64,000 nt of DNA from Myxococcales bacterium (GTDB taxonomy: Bacteria; Myxococcota; Myxococcia; Myxococcales; UBA5297), in assembly GCA_050942745.1 (NCBI GenBank), contig JBMNNX010000002.1, positions 11,896 to 75,895 of the forward strand, read 5' to 3'. The translations under genes were made by a program, and so were the position numbers. Of this stretch, positions 9,208-19,653 are shown piece after piece; positions within the stretch are counted from its first letter, which is position 1, and each line of letters starts with the position of its first letter. The notes under the pieces are model-generated. The model saw only the letters and a list, made by a program, of their open reading frames with translations, was not told the origin of the DNA and did no database searches.

Positions 9208-9832
9208 CGTCGTCCTCCTCCCGCTCCTCGACCCAGCTCAGCTCCGGGGTCGGCTTGAGCGACGAGTCGGGGATGCCTATCGCCTCGGCCATCGCCGGCG
9301 GCGTCATCGGGACGAGCTTGGTGTCGAAGGCCTTGGCGAAGGCGTCGGCGATCTCGTCGACGAGCTTGCGGGAGACGGTCCAGAGCTCGACGAGGTTCGT
9401 CTTGAGGTTCCAGCTCACGTCCACCGTGCGGCTGGTCGGCGTCGCCGCGTTGCGCAGCTCCTGGCGCACGGCAAGGCGCGCTTCGGCCCGCTCCACCCGG
9501 CCAGGCGGGCGGCCCTTGTCGAGCTCGAAGGCCGTCTTCCAGGCCTCCAGCTCGGCGCGAAGCTGCGCGCTCGAGATCTTGATCTGATCGACGCGCCACG
9601 AGGCGACGAGGTGCTCGCCCTGCATGAAGCTGCCGGGGGCGAACTCGACGCTGTCCTGAGCCTCGAGCTCGACGAAGCCCGCCGAGCGATCGGCCTCGCC
9701 CTTGCGGTCGATGGGGGTGAAGGCCCGAAGCCTCAGGCCTCGGGCGAGCCATTGGGCCGAATCGCGCGGGACCCGCCCGAGCGGCTCGGCGCGAAAACGA
9801 GAGAAGGTCACTGCACCGCGAAGGATTGGCAT
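9194..9832 (-). CDS. RdgC-like recombination-associated protein, N-terminal-type module
   Basis: ORF 9194..9880; start moved to ATG 9832 (MPILRGAVTFSRFRAEP). The order of features mirrors RdgC: an N-terminal beta-strand motif, AFTPIDRKGEADRSAGFVE (RdgC: AFTPCGSQDMAKMGWVP), a lysine/arginine-rich helix, and SWNLKTNLVELWTVSRKLVDEIADAFAKAF..KLVPMTP (RdgC: [40 protein letters not shown]). Confidence 0.6.
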   Translation of the reverse strand: MPILRGAVTFSRFRAEPLGRVPRDSAQWLARGLRLRAFTPIDRKGEADRSAGFVELEAQDSVEFAPGSFMQGEHLVASWRVDQIKISSAQLRAELEAWKTAFELDKGRPPGRVERAEARLAVRQELRNAATPTSRTVDVSWNLKTNLVELWTVSRKLVDEIADAFAKAFDTKLVPMTPPAMAEAIGIPDSSLKPTPELSWVEEREEDDDEQA

Positions 9833-10061
9833 AGGGCGGCACAGCATCGGCATCGCGGTGGGGTCCGTCAAGCACTGCACACAAGACGGCAGATAACCCT
9901 TTGAAACCTGGATCGGAGCGCCGCGCGACTGGACCGGAACGCCGAGCTTCGTGTCGGCGCGCCCCGATTCGCCGCGCGCGCGGCGGTGGCGCCTCCCCTA
10001 CGCTCCTTGACCCCTGCGATGCCGGGGTGTACTTGCCGGGCCCGTCCGAGCGGAGGTCCAC

Positions 10062-10988
10062 ATGTCCGGCACCCCTGACCGCTTCAGCCGCCCGCAGGTC
10101 GAGGAGGGCGGCTCCCCGCGCAAGCCCCGCTGGCTCAAGGTCCGCCTGCCACACGGCGAGGCCTACGAGCGCGTCAAGGCCATCCTCGAGAAGACCAGGC
10201 TGGCGACCGTCTGCCAGGAAGCCCGTTGTCCGAACATGGGCGAGTGCTGGGGCAGCGGAACGGCGACGGTGATGCTGATGGGCGAGGTCTGCACCCGCGC
10301 CTGCCGCTTCTGCCACGTCAAGGTTGGCCGCCCCGCGCCGCTCGATCCGGAAGAGCCCGAGAACCTCGCCTTCGCGGTCAAGGCGCTCGAGCTCAAGTAC
10401 CTCGTCGTTACCTCGGTCGATCGCGACGACGTCCCCGACGGCGGCTCCGGGCACTTCGCCCAGGCCATCTCCGCGCTGCGCCGCGAGTGCCCGAATACCA
10501 TGGTCGAGGTGCTCATCCCCGACTTCAGCGGCTCGACCGAGTGCCTCGACAAGGTCGTTGACGCCGGACCGCACGTGGTCGCCCACAACGTCGAGACGGT
10601 CGAGCGGCTGACGCCCGCGGTGCGCGACCGGCGCGCGAGCTACGCCCAATCGCTCGAGGTGCTGCGCTACCTCAAGTCGCGCGGCGGGCCCTACACGAAG
10701 AGCTCGATCATGCTCGGGCTCGGAGAGAACGAGGACGAGGTCCTTCGCGCCTGCCAGGACCTGCGCGGCGCCGGCGTAGACGTCCTCACCCTCGGCCAAT
10801 ACCTGCAGCCGTCGCCGTACCACCTGAAGGTCGAGCGCTTCTACTCGACCGAAGAGTTCGAGTCGCTGAGCCAGAAGGCGATGGCGATGGGCTTCCTCTA
10901 CGTCGCCGCCGGACCGCTCGTGCGCTCCAGCTACCGGGCCGCCGAGTTCTTCATGAAGGGCCTGCTCGCTCGCAAGGCCGGCGAATAG
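10062..10988 (+). CDS. lipA: Lipoyl synthase
   Basis: ORF track, 308 aa. It has VCQEARCPNMGECW (the auxiliary cluster motif), the radical-SAM CTRACRFC motif, VVTSVDRDD, and GQYLQPS..HLKVERF. GGAGG lies upstream of the ATG. Confidence 0.97.
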   Translation: MSGTPDRFSRPQVEEGGSPRKPRWLKVRLPHGEAYERVKAILEKTRLATVCQEARCPNMGECWGSGTATVMLMGEVCTRACRFCHVKVGRPAPLDPEEPENLAFAVKALELKYLVVTSVDRDDVPDGGSGHFAQAISALRRECPNTMVEVLIPDFSGSTECLDKVVDAGPHVVAHNVETVERLTPAVRDRRASYAQSLEVLRYLKSRGGPYTKSSIMLGLGENEDEVLRACQDLRGAGVDVLTLGQYLQPSPYHLKVERFYSTEEFESLSQKAMAMGFLYVAAGPLVRSSYRAAEFFMKGLLARKAGE

Positions 10989-11060
10989 GGAGCCGCTCGC
11001 GCGGCCGGAGCGATTCCCAGGCCTCGTGCTACTCTGCACCGCCGTCCAAGGAGGTTGTGA

Positions 11061-11852
11061 GTGGGACGGTCAAACGCACGCGAGCTGATTCGCGCCGCGC
11101 AGGCGGCTGAGCTTGACAAGGACTTTGACCGAGCGGTCGCGCTGCTGCGCGAAGCGGCGCAGATCCGCCTCGATGCCGGGGAGAAGGGGCGGGCGCTCAT
11201 GCTGCTGCAGCACTGCCTGAGGCTTGTGCCCGGGCATGCCGAGATCGAGCGGCTCGTCCACGAGATCGAGCCTTCCGCTTCCGAGCCGAGCGCGCAGCCC
11301 CTGCCTCCCGACGTCCCGCTCGTCGCGATCGAGCCCCTCGTCGTCAAGTCGGGTGACGAGGAGGCGGCGCCGGCCGGGGGCGTGGGCGAGCCCGAGACCG
11401 AGCAGCCCGAGCCCGCGCCGCGCGCTTGCTTCGAGCTCCCGCGCCGCGGGCCGACGGCCGCGGCTCCTGACGTCGAGTGCTGGTGCTCGTTCTGTTGTCG
11501 CCCCAAGGCCGAGGTCGGGCCAATGGTCGCCGGGCCCGCGGGCGCGTTCATCTGCGCCGAGTGCATCGGCGCCGCGGCCGCCATCGCCGGAGTCGCCCCC
11601 GGCGCTGCCGAGAAGCCCTCGGAAAGAGTCGCCCGGGCGCTCTCGCCGGACGCCCCGCTCCTCGACGCCGAGCCGCCACCTGGCGTCTCGGACGCGCCTG
11701 CGGCGGCCGAGCCGATGAGCTTCGTCGAGGCGGCGGTGCGCCTGTCGCGCGCGCTCGGCTGGAGCCTCGACGAGGTCCGCAGCCTGAGCGTCGAGGAGCG
11801 CGAGGAAGCCCTCGACGTCATGCGCAGGCTCGGGTTGCTGCTCGAGGGCTGA
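11061..11852 (+). CDS. Hypothetical protein with stand-alone ClpX-type C4 zinc-finger
   Basis: ORF track; GTG start with AAGGAGG 7 nt upstream. CWCSFCCRPKAEVGPMVAGPAGAFICAECI matches the ClpX N-terminal zinc-binding domain pattern (C.FC....V..L.AGP...IC.EC). The N-terminus is TPR-like and helical, with a low-complexity acidic/Pro linker. Confidence 0.65.
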   Translation: MGRSNARELIRAAQAAELDKDFDRAVALLREAAQIRLDAGEKGRALMLLQHCLRLVPGHAEIERLVHEIEPSASEPSAQPLPPDVPLVAIEPLVVKSGDEEAAPAGGVGEPETEQPEPAPRACFELPRRGPTAAAPDVECWCSFCCRPKAEVGPMVAGPAGAFICAECIGAAAAIAGVAPGAAEKPSERVARALSPDAPLLDAEPPPGVSDAPAAAEPMSFVEAAVRLSRALGWSLDEVRSLSVEEREEALDVMRRLGLLLEG

Positions 11853-11950
11853 TCCGGGCTTGCGGCGCGTCGCGCCACGGTGGCCCGGATTCACCCACAG
11901 CGCGGTTCTGCTATAGGTCCGACGGCGGGGCGGCCGCGACGAGGTGGCGG

Positions 11951-14019
11951 ATGGTTCGCAAGCTGCTGGCGCTCTTCCTGACCGTGCTCCTGCCCGCGTC
12001 CGCGTGGGCGGGCGACTCGTGGACGACTCCGTTCTCTGGCGTTCGGCGCCTCCACCGCACCACCTCGAACCCGAACTGGAGCATCCACGTCCTCGTCGTC
12101 GATCTGAACACGCCGGGCATACGCCTCGACGCGACCACCGAGGCCCAGAAGAAGCGCACCACCTCGAGCTACGCGCGGCTCGTCTCCGCCCAGGCGGCGA
12201 TCAACGGGGACTTCTTCAACTACACCGGCTACGTGCCCATCGGCCTGGCGGCCGGCGGCGGCGCGGTCTGGTCCGGCTCGGTCGACTCGACCTGGAGCGG
12301 CAACATCGCCGTCGGCGGCGCGCGCGCCGAGATCTACACGCCCGCTCACATCCTTGCCTTCGACGGCTCGTGGATGGACGGGGTCGTCTCCGGCAGGCCG
12401 CACGTGCTCGTGGACGCGTCGTGCCTACTGGCATGAACGATCCCTCGCACTGCACCTCGCGCCAGCCGCGCACCGCCGTCGGCCTGTCGCAGGACAAGAA
12501 GACGCTCTACCTGCTCGTCGTCGACGGGCGCTCGACCTCGAGCGTCGGGATGACCTGCGCCGAGCTGGGCAACGAGCTCAAGCGCCTGGGCGCGCACAAC
12601 GGCCTCAACCTCGACGGCGGCGGCTCCTCGACGATGTACGTCTCGGGCGTGGGCGTGGTGAACCGTCCGTCCGACGGCTCCGAGCGCGTGGTCGCCAACC
12701 ACCTCGCGCTCTTCGCCGCGACCCCGGGCAGCACCGGCGTCTACACCGGCGTCGTCTACGAGGCGCCCGACAGCTCCCGCCGCATCCCCGGCGCGACCGT
12801 CACCGTCCAGGGCGGCCCGAGCGTGGTCACCAACTCGGTCGGGGCCTTCGAGTTCAACCTCGCGCCCGGGACCTACACCGTCACCGCGACCGCGAGCGGC
12901 TACGACCCCGGCTCCTCGACGCGCACGGTGACCGCCGGCGGCACGGTCTGGGGCAGCATCGGGCTGACCAAGACGTACGTGCCGGTGGACACCGACGGCG
13001 ACGGCAAGCTCGACGAGCAGGACAACTGCCCGAGCGTCGCCAACGCCGACCAGCGCGACACCGACTCGGACGGCCAGGGCGACGCCTGCGACTCGGACGA
13101 CGACGGCGACGGGGTCGCGGACAGCGCGGACAACTGCCCGCTCGTGCCGAACGCGAATCAGGCCGACGCCGACGGCGACGGGCTCGGCGACGCCTGCGAC
13201 GGCGATGACGACGGCGACGGGGTCGCGGACAGCTCGGACAACTGCCCCGGCCTCGCGAACTCCGACCAGGCCGACGCGGACGGCGACGGCCAGGGCGACG
13301 CGTGCGACGCGGACGACGACGGCGACGGCGTGGCCGACGGGATCGACAACTGCCGCCTGGTCCCGAACGCCGGCCAGCTCGACACCGACGGCGACGGGCA
13401 GGGCGACGCCTGTGATTCGGACGACGACTCCGACGGAGTCGCCGACAGCGCGGACAACTGCCCGCTCGCCGCCAACGCCGACCAGGCGGACTCGAACGGC
13501 GACGGCGCCGGCGACGCCTGCGATCCGGACGACGACTCGGACGGCATCGCCGACGAGGAGGACAACTGCCGCGCCGTGCCGAACGCCGATCAGGCGGACC
13601 TCGACGGCGACGGCCAGGGCGACGCCTGCGATCTCGACGACGACGGCGACGACGTGCCCGACCTTTCGGACAACTGCCCGCTCGTCAGCAACCCCGACCA
13701 GGCCGACTTCGACGCCGACGGCACGGGCGACGCCTGTGGCGACGCGCCGCCGGCCGACGCCGGGTTGCCCGAGGAAGACAGCGGACTGCCCGCCGACGAC
13801 GCGGGCACCGAGGCCGGCGACGACGCGGGCGCACCGGACGCCGGAGTCGCCGACGCTGGAGCGCTTCCCGATGCCGGCGAGGCGCCGAGCGAAGAGGTCC
13901 CGGCCGAGGTCCTGGTCAGCGCGGGCTGCTCCTGCGGCGCGGGCGGCGGCAGCTCGAGCCTGGCGTTGAGTGCGGCGCTGCTGCTCGGGCTCGTCGGACG
14001 CCGCCGGGCACGGAGGTGA
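11951..14019 (+). pseudogene. Phosphodiester glycosidase (NAGPA-like) + carboxypeptidase-regulatory-like + 7 thrombospondin type-3 repeats + MYXO-CTERM anchor; reading frame broken near 12415-12436
   Basis: Two overlapping track ORFs carry the two halves of one domain.
- ORF 11477..12436 (real start ATG 11951, [20 protein letters not shown] signal peptide) ends ...[25 protein letters not shown].
- ORF 11944..14019 continues in another frame: [68 protein letters not shown].
- Downstream come 7 x DNCP...N.DQ.D.DGDG.GDACD repeats (~12985-13740) and the C-terminal [31 protein letters not shown] tag. Confidence 0.75.
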
Positions 14020-14022
14020 GCG

Positions 14023-14448
14023 ATGCCGGGGGAGAAGCCCTGCGTCTTCTGCCAGATCATCCGGGGCGAGCGTGAGGCTCCGATCGTCTTCGAGGACGAG
14101 AGCACGCTCGCCTTCCTGGACCATCGGCCGCTGTTCCCCGGGCACGTGCTCGTCGTGCCCAAGCAGCATCGCGCGACGATGCTCGACCTGAAGCCCGAGG
14201 AGATTTCGGCGGTCTTCGGCACCACGCAGCGGCTCGGGCGCGCGGTCGAGGTCGCGCTGCAGGCCGAGGGCTTCTTCGTCGCGGTGAACAACGGCGTCAG
14301 CCAGAGCGTGCCGCACGTCCACGTCCACGTCGTCCCGCGGCGCAGGGGCGACGGGCTGCGAGGCTTCTTCTGGCCGCGCCATCCGTACCGCGACGACGCG
14401 CACCGCGAAGAGGTCCGGGCGGCGATCGTCGACGCCGCTCGCAAGTAG
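14023..14448 (+). CDS. HIT-family (histidine triad) nucleotide hydrolase/transferase
   Basis: ORF track, 141 aa. It has CVFCQII, LAFLDHRPLFPGHVLVVPKQH and the histidine triad HVHVHVVP. It starts 4 nt after the upstream stop. Confidence 0.93.
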   Translation: MPGEKPCVFCQIIRGEREAPIVFEDESTLAFLDHRPLFPGHVLVVPKQHRATMLDLKPEEISAVFGTTQRLGRAVEVALQAEGFFVAVNNGVSQSVPHVHVHVVPRRRGDGLRGFFWPRHPYRDDAHREEVRAAIVDAARK

Positions 14449-14659
14449 CGGCCGACCGGGCGGATCCAGCGCCACCGTCGGCGCCGAACGGGGGCGTGCC
14501 GGTGCCATCCGCGGGGTCACTCCGGGGGGCGTCTGCACCGCGACCCCTTGGTGTGCTCACCGCCCGCGCGGGGGCGATGCGGCCGGGGCGCGACCCCAAA
14601 CGGGCGCCAACGGGCCGGATTCGGGTGCGCAGTGGCGCCCGATCCGGCCAGGTGCTGTT

Positions 14660-14960
14660 TCCGCGAGGCGATTCTTGGAGGTTTCGGCGAGCGACGCCGA
14701 CTTCGAGCCGCGAAACGCCGGGTTTTTCGGATCGACGGTCGTTCACGCGTCACGTCTTTGGCCGGCAAGGCGCCTTGGCGGCCCCATTGTGACGCGACTT
14801 CTTCGTCGAGGCGGCTGGGGCGCGAATATCGCGGCGCGATATTCGCGCCCGGTCGTCCGAATCGAGATATCGCGCCGCGATTTCGTCCCCGAGAGACCAA
14901 GAGAGGCGAAATCGAGTCGCGATTTTCGCGAGCCGCCGACCGCGACCGAAAATCGCGCCG
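14660..14960. repeat. Array of AT-cored palindromes / CGAAWATCGCG half-sites in a convergent intergenic gap
   Basis: Perfect 29-nt palindrome GCGCGAATATCGCG-G-CGCGATATTCGCGC at 14820-14848. Degenerate dyads follow: CGAGATATCGCG-C-CGCGATTTCG (14863-14885) and GCGAAATCGAGTCGCGATTTTCGCG (14906-14930). A half-site CGAAAATCGCG lies at 14947-14957, and further CGAAA/TTTCG fragments at 14661-14735. No credible ORF covers the region. Confidence 0.7.
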
Positions 14961-15035
14961 GGACGCGTACCGGTGAGAAGCCGGGCAAGCGTGCCATCGG
15001 CAGCACAGCAGGTCGAGGCGATCGAGGGACCCGAC

Positions 15036-15797
15036 CTACGCCGCGAGCGGCTCCAAGTAGCGCGACAGGAACGACTTGGTGCGTAGCTCGACCTGGCGCA
15101 CCCGTTCGCGCGAGACGCCCCAGCGCTTGCCGATTTCCTCGAGCGTGCGTGGCGAGTCCTGCTTCAGCCGCTCCTCGAGGATGTCCCAGCCGAGATCCCC
15201 GAGCCGCTTGCGCACCCGCAGCAGCGCCGCGCGGACCTGCGCGTCGCTCTCGGTGCGCAGGTAGCCTTCCTCGGGCGTGTCGCGCTCGTCGACGAGCCGC
15301 TCGAGGTGGGTGACGTCGCCGTCGTCGGCCAGAGTGACGTCGAGCGACAGGTCGCTCATGCTCGCGCGCTGGCTTTCGCCGCCGCGCACCTGACTGCGGT
15401 TGTCGTGCACGTGGCGCTGGATGTAGGCGCGGATCCACCAGACCGCGTAGGTGGCGAAGCGCGTGCCCTTCTTCGGGTTGTAGTGCTCGGTCGCCTTGAG
15501 CAGCCCGATGTTGCCCTCCTGGACCAGGTCGTCGATGCGCGAGCCGCCGTGGGCGTACTTGCGAGCGATCGAGACGACCAGGGCCAGATTGGCGGTCACC
15601 AGCCTGTCGCGAGCGGCGCGATCGCCGCGGCGAGCGAGCCGGGACAGCTCGATCTCCTCTTCTCGCGTCAGGTGGCGAAAGCGCCCCAGACCGTTGAGGT
15701 AGCCGGACAGCCCAGAGACTCGAGCGGCGCGGTGTGCTTGCCGTACCTTCGGGCTGCGGGCGCGGTTGACGTTGAGACGGGGCTTGATGGTCGCCAT
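15036..15797 (-). CDS. Sigma-70 family RNA polymerase sigma factor (group 3, RpoH-like)
   Basis: ORF 15036..15827; start moved to ATG 15797 (MATIKPRL) with GGGAGGAG upstream. Region 2 is DLVQEGNIGLLKATEHYNPKKGTRFATYAVWWIRAYIQRHV. Region 4 HTH is RTLEEIGKRWGVSRERVRQVELRT. Confidence 0.9.
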   Translation of the reverse strand: MATIKPRLNVNRARSPKVRQAHRAARVSGLSGYLNGLGRFRHLTREEEIELSRLARRGDRAARDRLVTANLALVVSIARKYAHGGSRIDDLVQEGNIGLLKATEHYNPKKGTRFATYAVWWIRAYIQRHVHDNRSQVRGGESQRASMSDLSLDVTLADDGDVTHLERLVDERDTPEEGYLRTESDAQVRAALLRVRKRLGDLGWDILEERLKQDSPRTLEEIGKRWGVSRERVRQVELRTKSFLSRYLEPLAA

Positions 15798-16239
15798 GGC
15801 CGCTCCTCCCTGCAGGATTTCGACCATTGGATGCAGCGAGCGAGCAGAACGTTTCCGAAAGCCTGAAGTCGCGCTATCGACCGCAAGAACAGCCGAGGGC
15901 CGAACAAGCTTCCGGGCGGCGGGCGCGCTGGGTTCCGACCCGCAGCGCGGGCGCCCAGGCGATGGGTTCCGCCCGACCTAGCGGACGCGAGCTGCGGCAG
16001 GCGCGGCCGACCTCTCCGGCGGTCGCGCGCGTCGCGAGAGAAGCGCGGTCGCGCTGCGATGGGTGCGGACGAACCCACGCGCGCGAAACGCACCCATCGA
16101 CATCCAGGGCCGGCAGCCGGCGCGTTGCGAAGCGTCGCATCGCGCGGCCCAAGCGCGCGTTCGGCGAGCGTGTCGATTCCTCGCCGGGCGCACCGCCTGC
16201 GCCCCCATCAAACCCTCGACCCTCGACTCTCGACCGTCG

Positions 16240-17279
16240 CTACCGAATCTCCCAGCTCTCGCCGGACTCGAGCAGGCTCTCCAGGCTGCCGGGCCCTTGG
16301 CTCTCGATGGCGGCCCGCTCGTTGCCGTGAGCCACCTGCTCGTAGACCGGGCGCTCCAGCGCGCGCAGCACGCCGAGGGGCGTCGGGAAGTCGGGCGGGG
16401 TCAGGCCCGCGAGCATGAGGGCGAGGCCCGGGCTCGTCGCCTTCTCGTCGTGGACGAGGATGTCCGCCTCGGTGACGCCGTCCTTGCCGAGCTCGACGAC
16501 CTCGAGGCCGAAGCGCTGCGGGTTGAAGCGCAGGCCCTTGGAGCGCTCCTTGCCGAAGAGCATCGGCTTGCCGTGCTCGAGGACGAGCTGATGGTCGGCC
16601 TTGGTCTCCTTGTCGAGCAGCCCGCGGAAGGCCTTGTCGTTGAAGACGACGCAGTTCTGGAAGACCTCGAGCAGCGCGGTTCCGCGGTGGTGGCGCGCGA
16701 CGCGCTCGATCATCTCGCCCAAATGCTTGGGCTCGGCGTCGATGCTGCGCGCGACGAAGGTGGCCTCGGCCCCGAGGGCCACCGAGAGCGGGCTGAACGG
16801 CAGGTCGATGTTGCCGAAGGGCGCCGACTTGGTCCTCTGACCGAGCACCGAGGTCGGCGAGGACTGGCCCTTGGTCATGCCGTAGATGCGGTTGTTGAAG
16901 AGGATGATCTTCAAGCCGACGTTGCGGCGCAGGGCGTGGATGAGGTGGTTGCCGCCTATCGACAGCGCGTCGCCGTCGCCGGTGGCGACCCAGACCTCGA
17001 GGTCGGGGCGCGTCAGCTTCAGGCCGGTGGCGACGGCGGGCGCGCGGCCGTGGATGCCGTGCAGCCCGTAGGTGTTCATGTAGTACGGGAAGCGCGAGCT
17101 GCAGCCGATGCCGCTGACGAAGACGAGCTTTTCGCGCGGCACCCCGAGGGTCGGCAGGGTCTTCTGGACCTGCGCGAGCACCGAGAAGCTGCCGCACCCG
17201 GGGCACCAGCGGACGGCCTGGCCGCTCTCGAAGTCCTTGCGCGTCAGCGCGGGGAGGTCCGGAGTGGGGTTCGTGTCGC

Positions 17280-17283
<4 letters not shown>
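16240..17283 (-). CDS. korB: 2-oxoglutarate:ferredoxin oxidoreductase, beta (TPP-binding) subunit
   Basis: C-terminal part of track ORF 16240..18225. ATG 17283 (MSDTNPTPDL) overlaps the korA stop as ATGA. Motifs: WCPGCGSFSVL, VSGIGCSSRFPYY, GDGDALSIGGNHLIHALRRN, NNRIYGMTKGQ. Confidence 0.9.
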
Positions 17284-19136
<1,853 letters not shown>

Positions 19137-19653
19137 GTCCAAGGCTTCTCCGCCGCGTTGGCCGCGCGCGACCCCGAAAGATTCAGGGTCTCGTGGTGCA
19201 AACAGCCTTCCCGAGGTCGGGTGTTCCAAGGCGCATAACTGATATAGCGGCCGGCGGGCGTGCCGGCCGCCGGACAGGCAGCTTTGCGGGCGGATAGCTC
19301 GCTGGTGGGCAGGGACGGTTTGTCCGCAGCGTGGAAGCAGGCGCTCGACACGAGCGGCGCTTCGGGCCTCGGGAGAGTGGGCGAGCGGTGCGTCGAGCTG
19401 GGCCGCCGAGCCCGAAGCTCCGGTCCGGTGTTCCGGCAGGCGGCGTGTTGCAGCGCAGCCCGCGAGGGCGCGGCAGGCGAAGAAGCATCGCTCGATGGCG
19501 ATTGCGGTCAGGGAAGCGTGGCGAGAGCGCCCGATGTCGCCCGCCCGCGCGCCCTGGCCTCTCGACAGCTGCGCAAGAGACCGGCGGGGCGCCTTCGAGA
19601 ACGCTGGCGCGCAGTCGAGACCGAGGTTTCTCCGGCCGCTCGGACGGCGTCCA

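Noticed and set aside
12985-13740. DNA-level periodicity of ~108-111 bp, with a similar pattern at 36850-37300.
   Set aside because: It is fully explained by protein-level thrombospondin type-3 repeats (DNCP...DQ.D.DGDG.GDACD) in the surface glycosidase and OmpA-family genes.
14820-14848. The perfect 29-nt palindrome as a dif (XerCD) or parS site.
   Set aside because: It does not resemble the dif (GGTGCGCATAATGTATATTATGTTAAAT-type) or parS (TGTTNCACGTGAAACA-type) consensus as I know them. It also occurs as one member of a repeated series, not as a single site.
14496-15313. Several 98-212 aa ORFs (14496..14792+, 14517..14900-, 14548..14976+, 14675..15313+) in the HIT/sigma intergenic gap.
   Set aside because: The translations are Arg-rich and low-complexity (e.g. 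...RRRLRAAKRRVFRIDGRSR...). They have no motifs and overlap each other in all frames. The region is better described by its palindrome array.
15840-15870. Possible sigma-54 promoter (GG-N-GC element, cGGaaacgttcTGCt on the minus strand) upstream of the sigma-factor gene.
   Set aside because: By my count the spacing between the GG and GC elements is one nucleotide short of the -24/-12 consensus, and the flanking bases fit TGGCAC/TTGCW poorly. This is not enough to call a promoter.
19137-19229. Longer N-terminal extensions offered by the ORF track for several genes: korA start at 19229, GT4 start at 57251, kinase start at 35254, esterase start at 6637, Usp start at 44691.
   Set aside because: The upstream extensions have poor third-position GC and/or an Arg-rich composition. 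Some overlap neighbouring real genes (57251 overlaps the lipoprotein gene). Internal starts have good Shine-Dalgarno sequences and yield sensible N-termini or signal peptides.
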